Shown here: one piece after another, positions 1-8,640 of the stretch
Layout: every line of letters starts with the position of its first letter
How positions within the stretch are numbered: position 1 is the first letter of the stretch
Source of the DNA: a bacterium
Lineage (GTDB): Bacteria > Bdellovibrionota > UBA1018
Direction: 5' to 3'
Length of the DNA stretch: 64,000 nt
NCBI GenBank assembly: GCA_019751945.1
Contig: JAIEMT010000003.1
Coordinates: 34,993 to 98,992 of the forward strand
Position numbers and translations under genes: made by a program
The notes under the pieces: generated by a model
What the model saw: only the letters and a program-made list of their open reading frames with translations
What the model was told of the DNA's origin: nothing
The model's database searches: none

Positions 1-73
1 AGACAACAATACAGGTACTTTTTAAAGTATACCTAAAACCGAGGGTTTGTTGCACAGCATTAAATAAAAATTT

Positions 74-319
74 CTACTGTGCCGAACTATTTGACAGGTG
101 TTCAGCTTGTATAGCCTCGAGGTAGGCAATCATTGCAGCTCGCAGCTGTTCGAGCGTCAAACTCTCCTGATCGTGGCCAGAATTCTTGACTATTTGCTGG
201 AGTTCTTCCTGTAATTCCTGGCTCGGAAGCCCCGTCAAAGCAATCACTTCATTGATTAAGTCTGCACCCGAATTCTCGGGCGAGTTGGAGATATCCGTTC
301 TCCCTTTGTCCCCGCTCAT
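74..319 (-). CDS. small hypothetical protein, acidic and Gln/Glu-rich
   Basis: 81-aa ORF with no recognisable motif; convergent with nothing obvious, upstream of EamA gene. Confidence 0.35.
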   Translation of the reverse strand: MSGDKGRTDISNSPENSGADLINEVIALTGLPSQELQEELQQIVKNSGHDQESLTLEQLRAAMIAYLEAIQAEHLSNSSAQ

Positions 320-402
320 AGCGCCTCTCTCTGCCTTTTCCCCAAAAGCCTTTTAGCTCCCCAAATCCCCAAGGAGCACTATGAGGTCAAGTATAGAAAT
401 GT

Positions 403-1323
403 CTAAATTGGAACCGCAAGCTTTTTATTCAACTGAACGCTCACTCCGAGAAGAATTAACGCCGCCCCAATAAACTGGATGGGAGTCATTAAATCCCCCA
501 GGACCAAGTAGCCAATGAGCGATCCCACCACAGGCTGAATAAAGAGGGTCACCGTGATGCTGGCAATCGAGATTCGGGTCAGGGCAACCATCCAAAACAG
601 GTAGCAAATCCCAGTGCCCAAAACCCCGTTCCAGACCGAGCCAGCGGCGCTCTTCCAGGTAAACTGATGAAGTGGCGGCAGCCCTGGACCCAGCAGAGTA
701 ATGATAGTGAGAAACACCCCTCCAAAGAACAGGGCGGTACCGAAAATCTCGGTCGGCTCATTCCGTTTTAAGGCGCCCCGAGCCAAAAGGGAATAAGCCG
801 CCTCTCCCAAGAGCGAGCAGAAAATGAGGAGGTTCCCCATCAAGTGGGGATCAAAACCGGCTCTGATCTTGGCGGGGGTCAGTCCGCTCAAAAGCGAAAA
901 ACCGACGATGGAGAGGGAGAAAGAAACCACGTGGTTCCATTGCATCCGATCCCGAAAAATCACCCAGGCCAGCACCACCGTAATGATGGGTTCCATAGCA
1001 ATGATGAGAGCGTTGTCGGTGGCGCGCGAAGTGGAGAGCCCCTTGAGTTGAAGGATACCCACTCCACAAAAAGTGATGGCGCCGATGGCAATCACGGTGG
1101 CCCAGTCTTTCGGATGTTTTGATTTTAAAAAAGGAGGGCTCTTCGCTCGCTTTGTGACTATCAAGAAAACGGTCAGCATCACGTAGAAAGCAAATGCCGA
1201 AACATAGCGAAGCCACGCCCCTTGAATCGGTGTGAAATCTTGCAGCACCCAAACCCCACCGACTGGCGCTGCAGACCAAATGATGTTGCAGAGAATGAGG
1301 CCGAGTAGAATCGAGAGTGGCAT
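403..1323 (-). CDS. EamA/DMT-family drug/metabolite transporter, about 10 TM helices
   Basis: 306-aa polytopic membrane protein with two EamA-like halves and Gly-rich helices. Confidence 0.7.
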   Translation of the reverse strand: MPLSILLGLILCNIIWSAAPVGGVWVLQDFTPIQGAWLRYVSAFAFYVMLTVFLIVTKRAKSPPFLKSKHPKDWATVIAIGAITFCGVGILQLKGLSTSRATDNALIIAMEPIITVVLAWVIFRDRMQWNHVVSFSLSIVGFSLLSGLTPAKIRAGFDPHLMGNLLIFCSLLGEAAYSLLARGALKRNEPTEIFGTALFFGGVFLTIITLLGPGLPPLHQFTWKSAAGSVWNGVLGTGICYLFWMVALTRISIASITVTLFIQPVVGSLIGYLVLGDLMTPIQFIGAALILLGVSVQLNKKLAVPI

Positions 1324-1382
1324 TCCTCTTGGCTAGCACGATATAATGGTGGTCACCACCTTTTGGTAGAGGACCGCGTCAC

Positions 1383-1907
1383 ATGAGCAAAAAAAATTCA
1401 GCCCCAGGGAATTCGGCGCCCGGGAAAAAAGTCAGCGAATCTGTCGTCCAAATGACCGAACTGGTTCTTCCTTCCGACACCAATACTTTGGGAACGATCT
1501 TCGGGGGCAAGATCATGGCGTGGATCGATATTGCTGCTGCGATTGCAGCTGGTCGGCACGCTCGCAGAGTGGTGGTCACGGCTTCGATCGACGCGCTTCA
1601 TTTCGTCAGTGCGGTGAAGATGGGTCACTTTGTTCACATTCAAGCTTCGGTGAACTTTGCAGGACGGACTTCCATGGAAGTCGGCGTGCGTGTGGACGCA
1701 GAAAATCCTCTCACCGGCAAGCGGCAGCACACGGCGACTGCTTATACCACCTTTGTGGCGCTAGATGAAAACGGACAACCCACTCCAGTTCCTCCTCTCA
1801 ACCCTGAAACGCCTGAAGAAAAACGACGCTTCGCCGAAGCGCAAAAGCGCCGCCAATCCCGAATGCGTTTAGCTGAAGAACTCAAGGCCACCCGTAACGA
1901 CGACTGA
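1383..1907 (+). CDS. acyl-CoA thioesterase, hotdog fold, YciA-like
   Basis: Motif ELVLPSDTNTLGTIFGGKIMAWID typical of YciA/Acot7 hotdog thioesterases; basic C-terminal tail. Confidence 0.65.
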   Translation: MSKKNSAPGNSAPGKKVSESVVQMTELVLPSDTNTLGTIFGGKIMAWIDIAAAIAAGRHARRVVVTASIDALHFVSAVKMGHFVHIQASVNFAGRTSMEVGVRVDAENPLTGKRQHTATAYTTFVALDENGQPTPVPPLNPETPEEKRRFAEAQKRRQSRMRLAEELKATRNDD

Positions 1908-2518
1908 TGGAACTCTATTTTTTTCGCCACGGCGAAACCGACTGGAACGTTGAAGGTAGAATTCAAGGACACGTCGACGTTCCTTTGAACGACAAAGGCC
2001 GCGGACAAGCGCGCTCCCTCGTACCGATTTTAAAAAAACTGGGAATTCAGGCGCTGCTCAGTTCCGACCTTTGTCGCGCGAGTGAGACTGCCGAGCTCAT
2101 TGCAAAACCCCTAGGACTACCCGTTCATGTTTCAGAAGGACTGCGCGAAGTTCATTTCGGAAGAATTCAGGGACTCAATCGCGAAGAGATGGCGACACAG
2201 TTTGGATTTACCTTCGCTCGCGATGTCATGGCTCGCACTCTTTCCGATGCCGAGCTCGTTCAATATGGAACAGAGACCAGCGAAAAAGTGATCAACCGGG
2301 TGACTCATGCGTTTATCGATTTGTTAGCGAAGCATGGACAGGGGCAATACCAAAAACTGGCAGTCGTCACGCATGGAGGCGTCATTCGCCGCCTCATTAT
2401 ACAAGCCACCAAAGACGATCCGTTTTATTCCGCCATCCCGAATGGGACGCTCTATCCGATGACGTTCTCTTCGACTGAGAAGAAGTTCCAACTCCGAAAT
2501 TTTGTACCCTGGGGCTAG
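1907..2518 (+). CDS. histidine phosphatase family protein (phosphoglycerate mutase-like)
   Basis: N-terminal FFRHGETDWN RHG catalytic motif; start overlaps upstream stop (ATGA), so the two genes are likely coupled. Confidence 0.7.
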   Translation: MELYFFRHGETDWNVEGRIQGHVDVPLNDKGRGQARSLVPILKKLGIQALLSSDLCRASETAELIAKPLGLPVHVSEGLREVHFGRIQGLNREEMATQFGFTFARDVMARTLSDAELVQYGTETSEKVINRVTHAFIDLLAKHGQGQYQKLAVVTHGGVIRRLIIQATKDDPFYSAIPNGTLYPMTFSSTEKKFQLRNFVPWG

Positions 2519-3396
2519 TTACCTCGCTCGAGGTAGGAACGCACTTCCCAGAGATACGGAAACGCGCGCTTCGACGTTGTGGATTTCAAATATTCCGCGC
2601 CGGCTGAACCGCCAGTGCCGCGTCTGAAACCAATCACGCGCTCAACGACACGCACATGATGTTCGCGCCAAAGAGACAGAAACTCGTCAAACTCCACGAG
2701 CGATTCGCTGAGTAGGTAGAGCTCATAGTTTTTGGCCGGGGTTTTGTAGATGGGAAGCAGAGCTTTAATGATGGCTGCCTTCGCCTCTTCGTCGCCTTCC
2801 ACTTCGAGCTTCGAAGCGTTGTTGGGGATGGCGTAGCCCATCTTCTTCAACATCTCGTAGTAATGATGGCGCACATCGGGCTCACCTAGACGCTTCTTCA
2901 ACGCTTCGATCATTTCAGGGCGATCTTTGAAGTATTTCAAAAAGCGCTCGTCGCGCATTCCGGCAACGTATTCCAGCTCGCGAAATTGGAGTGATTGAAA
3001 TCCGCTGGCAGGTTCTAGGCGATAACGGAATTCCATGAAGTCTGCGGGAGTCATGGTTTCGAGAATGTGAATCTGATCCACCAAGAGGCGCATGATGGCT
3101 ACTACGCGCTTCATGAAATGGTGGGCTTGAAGCACTTCCTTTTGATCCATGCACTTGATGGCCGCGCCGATTTCATGCAGCACCAGCTTGAACCAAAGTT
3201 CGTAAGCTTGGTGAATGACGATGAAGAGCAATTCGTCGTGATGGGGCGGATCGGACTGAAGCTTCTGAAGCGTCAGCAGCTCAGGCACCTTCAAGTAATC
3301 ATTATACGTGAGGTGTCCCGGCGTGACCTGAACAAAGGCCTCGGGATTTCCGTGCCCCATGGGGCATCCACCAGTAGACTTCGGTTTCTCTGCCAT
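2515..3396 (-). CDS. kynA: tryptophan 2,3-dioxygenase
   Basis: HHDELLFIVIHQAYELWFKLVLHE matches the conserved TDO haem-pocket region; length 293 aa. Confidence 0.8.
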   Translation of the reverse strand: MAEKPKSTGGCPMGHGNPEAFVQVTPGHLTYNDYLKVPELLTLQKLQSDPPHHDELLFIVIHQAYELWFKLVLHEIGAAIKCMDQKEVLQAHHFMKRVVAIMRLLVDQIHILETMTPADFMEFRYRLEPASGFQSLQFRELEYVAGMRDERFLKYFKDRPEMIEALKKRLGEPDVRHHYYEMLKKMGYAIPNNASKLEVEGDEEAKAAIIKALLPIYKTPAKNYELYLLSESLVEFDEFLSLWREHHVRVVERVIGFRRGTGGSAGAEYLKSTTSKRAFPYLWEVRSYLERGN

Positions 3397-3397
3397 A

Positions 3398-3991
3398 CTA
3401 CTTTCCTATTTGGCTCAAAAGCTGAGCCAAGCTTTGGGCCGAAGAGGCCTCAATATCTTTATGAAGCGAATTTCCGTGCGCATCGATCGTCACTACCACA
3501 GGAAACTTCACTACACGCAATTGCCAAATCGCTTCGGGACTTCCAAACTGTTCTAAGCCGTAAACGTTTTCGACTTCTTGAATCGCTTCGGCCAAAACTT
3601 GGGCAGCACCGCCGACGGCATGGAAGTAAACACAACCAAACTTTTCACAGGCGACGCGAGTCTTTTCGCCCATTCCACCTTTGCCGATCACACCGCGCAC
3701 ACCGAACTTTTCGATGATGCCGGCCTGATACGGTTCTTCACGAGTCGAGGTTGTCGGGCCAGCTGCTGTCACCACCCACTTGCCCTTCTTCTTCATCACC
3801 ACTGGGCCACAGTGATAAATGATGGCGTCTTTCAAACTCACCGGCGGCTCGTTTCCTTCGTGCAGCCACTTATGAACTGCATCTCGCCCCGTGTAGACCA
3901 CGCCTTCGATCTCCACCATGTCACCCACTTTGAGGGCGCGAATCTTGTCTTCCGTAAAAGGTGCTTTGAGCGTCTTCATTAGTAGAGCCAC
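3398..3991 (-). CDS. class I (Fe-S) fumarate/tartrate hydro-lyase beta subunit
   Basis: 197-aa protein matching the FumA/TtdB C-terminal domain (GKGGMG, CGPVVM motifs); overlaps alpha subunit gene by 13 nt. Confidence 0.75.
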   Translation of the reverse strand: MALLMKTLKAPFTEDKIRALKVGDMVEIEGVVYTGRDAVHKWLHEGNEPPVSLKDAIIYHCGPVVMKKKGKWVVTAAGPTTSTREEPYQAGIIEKFGVRGVIGKGGMGEKTRVACEKFGCVYFHAVGGAAQVLAEAIQEVENVYGLEQFGSPEAIWQLRVVKFPVVVTIDAHGNSLHKDIEASSAQSLAQLLSQIGK

Positions 3992-4872
3992 CGTTTAATT
4001 TTGGCGCCGCCGTCGACGATGGCGCCATGTCGTCTGTAGGCCCAGCACATGTACGAGATACTGACGAAGAATGAGGCTGGGAGCCTGTTGAGGACTCCTA
4101 CCTTTACTCCCATCAGCGTCGTCTTACCACCAAATCCCATGGGGCCGATGCCCAGTTGATTGGCTTCGTTCAGGCACTCTTCTTCGAGTTGAGCGAGCAC
4201 GGGATTCGGGTTCTTATCCTTCATTTTTCGAAGAAACTGCTCTTTCGAAAGTGCGTATCCCGTCGCTCGGTCGCCGCCGATGATCACGCCCAACACGCCC
4301 GGCCCACAGCCCTTGCCTTGCGCTTGTTGAACGGCGTCCAAAATACATTTCTTCACCCCTTTGATGTCACGACCTGCGCCCACGCGTCCGTCCGGTAAAC
4401 TGTACTGAGCGCCGACGTTTTCACATCCGCCGCCCTTCAGAATCAGACGAATATCGAATTCATTTTTCTTCCAGGGATGCAAGTGAAGCGACGGAGTCCC
4501 CGGACCGACGTTCGTACCGTTATTCTTTCCGGTCAAACTATCCACACTGTTTTGACGAAGGTAGCCCTTCTTAGTCGCAGCAACGACGGCCTTCTTGATC
4601 ACTTTTTCAAGCGCTTCTGCTTCGAGCTTCATCGGGTAATGAACGTAGAAAAGAATACTGCCCGTATCTTGACAAAGCGGCTGGCTCTTCGTTTTAGCTA
4701 GGTCGATGTTCTTGCAAATAATCCCCATCGCGTAGTCGCCGCGCGACTCTGGGGCTTCGACCCTCTTTCCTGACTGAATTGCCTCGATAACGTCTTTCGG
4801 GAGTTCGGCCGAGGTCTTCCGAATCACCTCGATAAAGGTGTCGACTAACTTCTTTTGGAGAGCTGCATTCAT
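3979..4872 (-). CDS. class I (Fe-S) fumarate/tartrate hydro-lyase alpha subunit
   Basis: 297-aa protein with the LCQDTGS Fe-S cluster-binding motif of FumA/TtdA N-terminal domain. Confidence 0.75.
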   Translation of the reverse strand: MNAALQKKLVDTFIEVIRKTSAELPKDVIEAIQSGKRVEAPESRGDYAMGIICKNIDLAKTKSQPLCQDTGSILFYVHYPMKLEAEALEKVIKKAVVAATKKGYLRQNSVDSLTGKNNGTNVGPGTPSLHLHPWKKNEFDIRLILKGGGCENVGAQYSLPDGRVGAGRDIKGVKKCILDAVQQAQGKGCGPGVLGVIIGGDRATGYALSKEQFLRKMKDKNPNPVLAQLEEECLNEANQLGIGPMGFGGKTTLMGVKVGVLNRLPASFFVSISYMCWAYRRHGAIVDGGAKIKRWLY

Positions 4873-4902
4873 GCGAATACCTTAACGTGATATGAACAGA
4901 AT

Positions 4903-5364
4903 GTGAATCAGGACCCCAAGAACGCCCCGTTTTTTGTGGATAACGAAGTCATCACCCTCAATCGGGAAGGGATTTGGATTGCCGACGGGATGGAAATCAC
5001 CCACGAACCCACGCGCAAACTCTTTGCCCGAAGCCTGAAGAAAGACGGAGACGGCTATTACCTCCACATCGGACGCGAAACCAAACGCATCGGCGTGGAA
5101 GACACGGCTTACTTTGTCGAAGGCTTAGAAGGTTCAGCTAAGACCGGTTATGAAATCCGTCTGAGCGATCAATCTCAAGAGCGGCTCGATGTGAAATCCT
5201 TAAAATACAAACCCGGGCGCTTGTGCTGCCGAATCAAATCGGGCTCGGAAGAAGCCAAGTTTCTGCGGGTGACCTACCACCAGATTCTTCGGGATTTAAA
5301 AGAGGACGGCGAAGGGTATTTCTTGGTTCTCGAAAATCAGCGAGTACAATTAGCTAAGAAATGA
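4903..5364 (+). CDS. DUF1285-like conserved hypothetical protein
   Basis: 153 aa; PFFVDNE...GIWIADG...EITHE pattern recalled from the DUF1285 family. Confidence 0.45.
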   Translation: MNQDPKNAPFFVDNEVITLNREGIWIADGMEITHEPTRKLFARSLKKDGDGYYLHIGRETKRIGVEDTAYFVEGLEGSAKTGYEIRLSDQSQERLDVKSLKYKPGRLCCRIKSGSEEAKFLRVTYHQILRDLKEDGEGYFLVLENQRVQLAKK

Positions 5365-5577
5365 CCCCTTTCTAAAACTCTACCTACTGAGCTGGAGTGC
5401 GCTCGTCGTCGCTCTCGCGCTGACCTTTCGTCATAGAAAATCGCTGAGCTGTTTCCTTGATACTCTCCTTTTTGTTTCAGTAATGCTTAGGTTTTGCCTA
5501 TCACACTCATTGCTATTCCCAATTATCTCCTATGCCTGATTCGAGTTACTTGAATCTTAGAAAAGGGGATAACGAAA

Positions 5578-6120
5578 ATGAAAAAACTTTTAGGAATTTT
5601 AGTGATGGTGACAAGTCTCAATGCTGAGGCGATGGAGTTCAATCTAGGTGGAGGAGGTCCAACTCCGGAAAGTGAAACGGCCGTGCTTTCAGTTCGGGAT
5701 GAAGGCGCTGTGACGCGCATTCGAGTGATGGTTTCGAATGGACGTTGCGCTGAATTTCGAACCGAGCTCTGCGGAGTTGCCCGAGTGCAGATGGTAGAGT
5801 TTGTAACGCCATCGAAAACGTGCACGATTCTCAAAAGCACTTTATTGACCTGCTACATGGACTCCTTCCATCCTCAGTCTCAGTTCACGGTGTTCTTGGC
5901 TGACGGATCTCAGCTTCAACCGGGCGAACTCTCAGTCTACCTCGCCGTCGGAGAAACCAAGCGGGTTGAAAACGGTATAGCGAGAGATTCCATCTTCATC
6001 GACTTCAGCGCAATGGGTCATCGCGCGGACGGTCTCGATACACTGATCGAAGAGCATTACGGTTCGAGCGCCTTCTTGATTTCACACCTGCAGGAAGTTT
6101 CGAAATCGCTTTTTAAATAA
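5578..6120 (+). CDS. secreted hypothetical protein (signal peptide)
   Basis: N-terminal MKKLLGILVMVTSLNAEA signal peptide; RBS AAAAGGGGA upstream; no known domain. Confidence 0.45.
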   Translation: MKKLLGILVMVTSLNAEAMEFNLGGGGPTPESETAVLSVRDEGAVTRIRVMVSNGRCAEFRTELCGVARVQMVEFVTPSKTCTILKSTLLTCYMDSFHPQSQFTVFLADGSQLQPGELSVYLAVGETKRVENGIARDSIFIDFSAMGHRADGLDTLIEEHYGSSAFLISHLQEVSKSLFK

Positions 6121-6155
6121 AACTGAGTTAGCGCATGCCTCGGGGTATTTGGGGC

Positions 6156-6731
6156 ATGCGCTATTTCACTTTAGTTTGTTTATTTTTTTCTGGCTGCCAG
6201 TTGGTGGAGCTCGACAAGGGAAAGTTTTATCGAAGCCCGCAACCCTCTCGAAAAGACTTGGAACGCGCCATCACCTTCTTAAAAATTAAAACGGTGATCA
6301 ACCTGCGCGGCGCGAACCCCGGCGAAATCTGGTACGACGAAGAAAAAGCGGTCACAGATTTTCGAGGGGTAAAGCTAATCGACATTCCCATGTCCGCTGG
6401 AAGATTGCCCCACCGCAAAGACCTCCTTGCCCTACTCGACGCCTATCAAACTGCAGAACGCCCCATCTTGGTACACTGCCAAGCAGGGGTAGACCGAACC
6501 GGGGAAGCCAGCGCCATTTACGCCATGCTTTATCTGGGGATTTCGAAGGACTTAGCGCTGGAAATGCTCACTCCACAATTTGGATATATTGAGGAGATTT
6601 CAGCAGCTCGCGCAAAAATGTATTTTATTCGCGACCTTTGGCAGGGGGAAGAATGGGCTCGCACACAATACGATCCCTGCAAACAGAACTACCGCTACTA
6701 CGATAAAAACAATTACGCCGAGTGCAAGTGA
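6156..6731 (+). CDS. secreted lipoprotein with dual-specificity/tyrosine phosphatase fold
   Basis: Lipobox FFSGC followed by Cys-X5-Arg P-loop VHCQAGVDRTG; alternative upstream ATG at 6135. Confidence 0.65.
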   Translation: MRYFTLVCLFFSGCQLVELDKGKFYRSPQPSRKDLERAITFLKIKTVINLRGANPGEIWYDEEKAVTDFRGVKLIDIPMSAGRLPHRKDLLALLDAYQTAERPILVHCQAGVDRTGEASAIYAMLYLGISKDLALEMLTPQFGYIEEISAARAKMYFIRDLWQGEEWARTQYDPCKQNYRYYDKNNYAECK

Positions 6732-6792
6732 TCAAAACCTAGACAGTATTTTAGACAATAAATCCTATAAGCAGTTTTAATTCTTCTTAACC

Positions 6793-7530
6793 TTGGCTTG
6801 GGTTTTGCTTTCTCTGTGCTCGAGTATGAACCTCACGTCGGTCCTCTCGGATATTGTCCTCGCTGCATTGGTGGCCTCACCCTTCATCCTCATTTTTGTC
6901 TTGGGTGAGAAAAACATGCTTGCGCGCGCTGGAAGAATCGAACGCGTACGCCAATCGAAGTACACTACAAAGGATCTCCTATTTGGCTCAAGGTACACAG
7001 CTTCCACAGTTTTCATTTGGTTTCTCTTCGATAGACTAGATAGCATTTTTACTCAGCAAGGCTGGAGCCTGGTTTACCGTGATAACACCCAACATGGCTG
7101 GATCTATTTCACCCTTTCGTTTTTACTTTTTTTTCTAGTCTACGATCTTTGGACCTTCTCCTTTCATTTTTCTCTCCACCACTTCAAGTGCTTGAGAAAA
7201 TTCCATAGCGTGCATCACCAAAACGAGACCTCCCCCATGGGTGCGTTTGCTTTCCATCCTGTAGAAGCGGTTTTATTTCGCCTTCCTATTACTTTGGCAA
7301 AGCTGTTTGTCCCGTTACCTTATTCTGTCTTTGTTTGGTTCTACATTATTGTGATCGCCCATACCGTCTACATCCACATGGGCTACGACTTCAAAGGCTT
7401 GAGCACAAAGTTCATCCTGACCTCACGGTTTCATTCCCTTCATCATCGAAACCCTCATCACAACTTTGGTTTGTTTTTCGGAATCTGGGACACCTTTTTT
7501 GGGACAGCTACGGGAGTGAATAAGAAATGA
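6793..7530 (+). CDS. fatty acid hydroxylase / sterol desaturase superfamily membrane protein
   Basis: His boxes HSVHHQ and HSLHHRNPHHNFG in a 4-TM protein. Confidence 0.7.
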   Translation: MAWVLLSLCSSMNLTSVLSDIVLAALVASPFILIFVLGEKNMLARAGRIERVRQSKYTTKDLLFGSRYTASTVFIWFLFDRLDSIFTQQGWSLVYRDNTQHGWIYFTLSFLLFFLVYDLWTFSFHFSLHHFKCLRKFHSVHHQNETSPMGAFAFHPVEAVLFRLPITLAKLFVPLPYSVFVWFYIIVIAHTVYIHMGYDFKGLSTKFILTSRFHSLHHRNPHHNFGLFFGIWDTFFGTATGVNKK

Positions 7531-8558
7531 AGTCACTCGCCCTAAGAAATAGTCCACATATCTCTCTTTTAAAGCTGGTAATGGCCATCGCCGTAGTACT
7601 TGCTCACGTTCATTGCACTTATGCTTCGGCGGTAACAGAAATCTGGCCCCTCAAAGACCCATTCGATACAAGTGCCGTACTGAATGCCACGATCCTTCTG
7701 CACTATATTTTAATGCCCCTATTTTTCTTCATAAGTGGGCTGACTGCTAGAAATTCTTTCAATAAGAAAACTCCGGAAAGATTTTGGAAGGATGGCGCCA
7801 CCCGACTAGCTGTCCCTCTTGTTTTAGGTCTGCTCATCCTCGAACCCTGGGCGGCGTGGGGATTTTCAGTTCAAAGCGGTGGAAACATTCTAGCGAGTTT
7901 CAACCTGGGGCACCTTTGGTATCTTTATTTTCTAATTCTATTTTACGTGCTGGCTCCTTTAGTGCTTAAGAAAGTCAGTACTTCATTTCTGGCAGATCCT
8001 TTCAAAGGACCGATTACTTTTGCAGCAGCCTTTTTGATTTTTCTGAATGTGAAAAAGGGAATCATTCCAACATCCCAAGGTGCCATCCCAGATCTTTCCG
8101 CATTTTTAGTATACGGATTACTTTTTACTTACGGCTGGGGATTTGAAGGTAAGAAAACAAGTCGCGATACGACCTACGTGCTCTTAGGTCTCCTGAGCTG
8201 GGTTGTAACCATGATTCTTTTCTTGAACTCGGATCAGAATGCGAGCGTGGTTATTCAACTTGCAGCCTCTGCATTTGCCGGCGTGACAGTATGGTTCTTC
8301 GTCACCGGCTTTTTTTCACTTTTCACTTCAATCAAAAACAAAAAAATTCTGGCACTCAGTCGATTTCACCGATTGAGCTACCCCATCTATCTTCTCCATT
8401 TTCCGTTCGTGATTTGGATTCCCATTTTGATTGCTGAACCTTTGCAGGGATTTCTACTCACCAAGATTTTCATTACATTTTTCGCAAGCCTGTTATTTTC
8501 AGTGTTTCTGGGCAAGGCCCTCACACCTCGGTCAGGACTTTTGTCCAGACTTTCTTAA
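7527..8558 (+). CDS. acyltransferase family 3-like polytopic membrane protein
   Basis: 343 aa, about 10 TM helices, conserved early His (AHVHC); ATGA overlap with upstream hydroxylase gene. Confidence 0.45.
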   Translation: MKSLALRNSPHISLLKLVMAIAVVLAHVHCTYASAVTEIWPLKDPFDTSAVLNATILLHYILMPLFFFISGLTARNSFNKKTPERFWKDGATRLAVPLVLGLLILEPWAAWGFSVQSGGNILASFNLGHLWYLYFLILFYVLAPLVLKKVSTSFLADPFKGPITFAAAFLIFLNVKKGIIPTSQGAIPDLSAFLVYGLLFTYGWGFEGKKTSRDTTYVLLGLLSWVVTMILFLNSDQNASVVIQLAASAFAGVTVWFFVTGFFSLFTSIKNKKILALSRFHRLSYPIYLLHFPFVIWIPILIAEPLQGFLLTKIFITFFASLLFSVFLGKALTPRSGLLSRLS

Positions 8559-8640
8559 ATTCTAGTCCAGATTGAAATTGACTCCGACGCCCGGCGTTGC
8601 TACCTCGGTCTCGTTCAAATTTTAAACGAGGAGATTAGAG

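Noticed and set aside
3067-3717. 216-aa ORF antisense to kynA and the fumarase beta subunit
   Set aside because: Spans two real genes on the opposite strand; no coherent domain.
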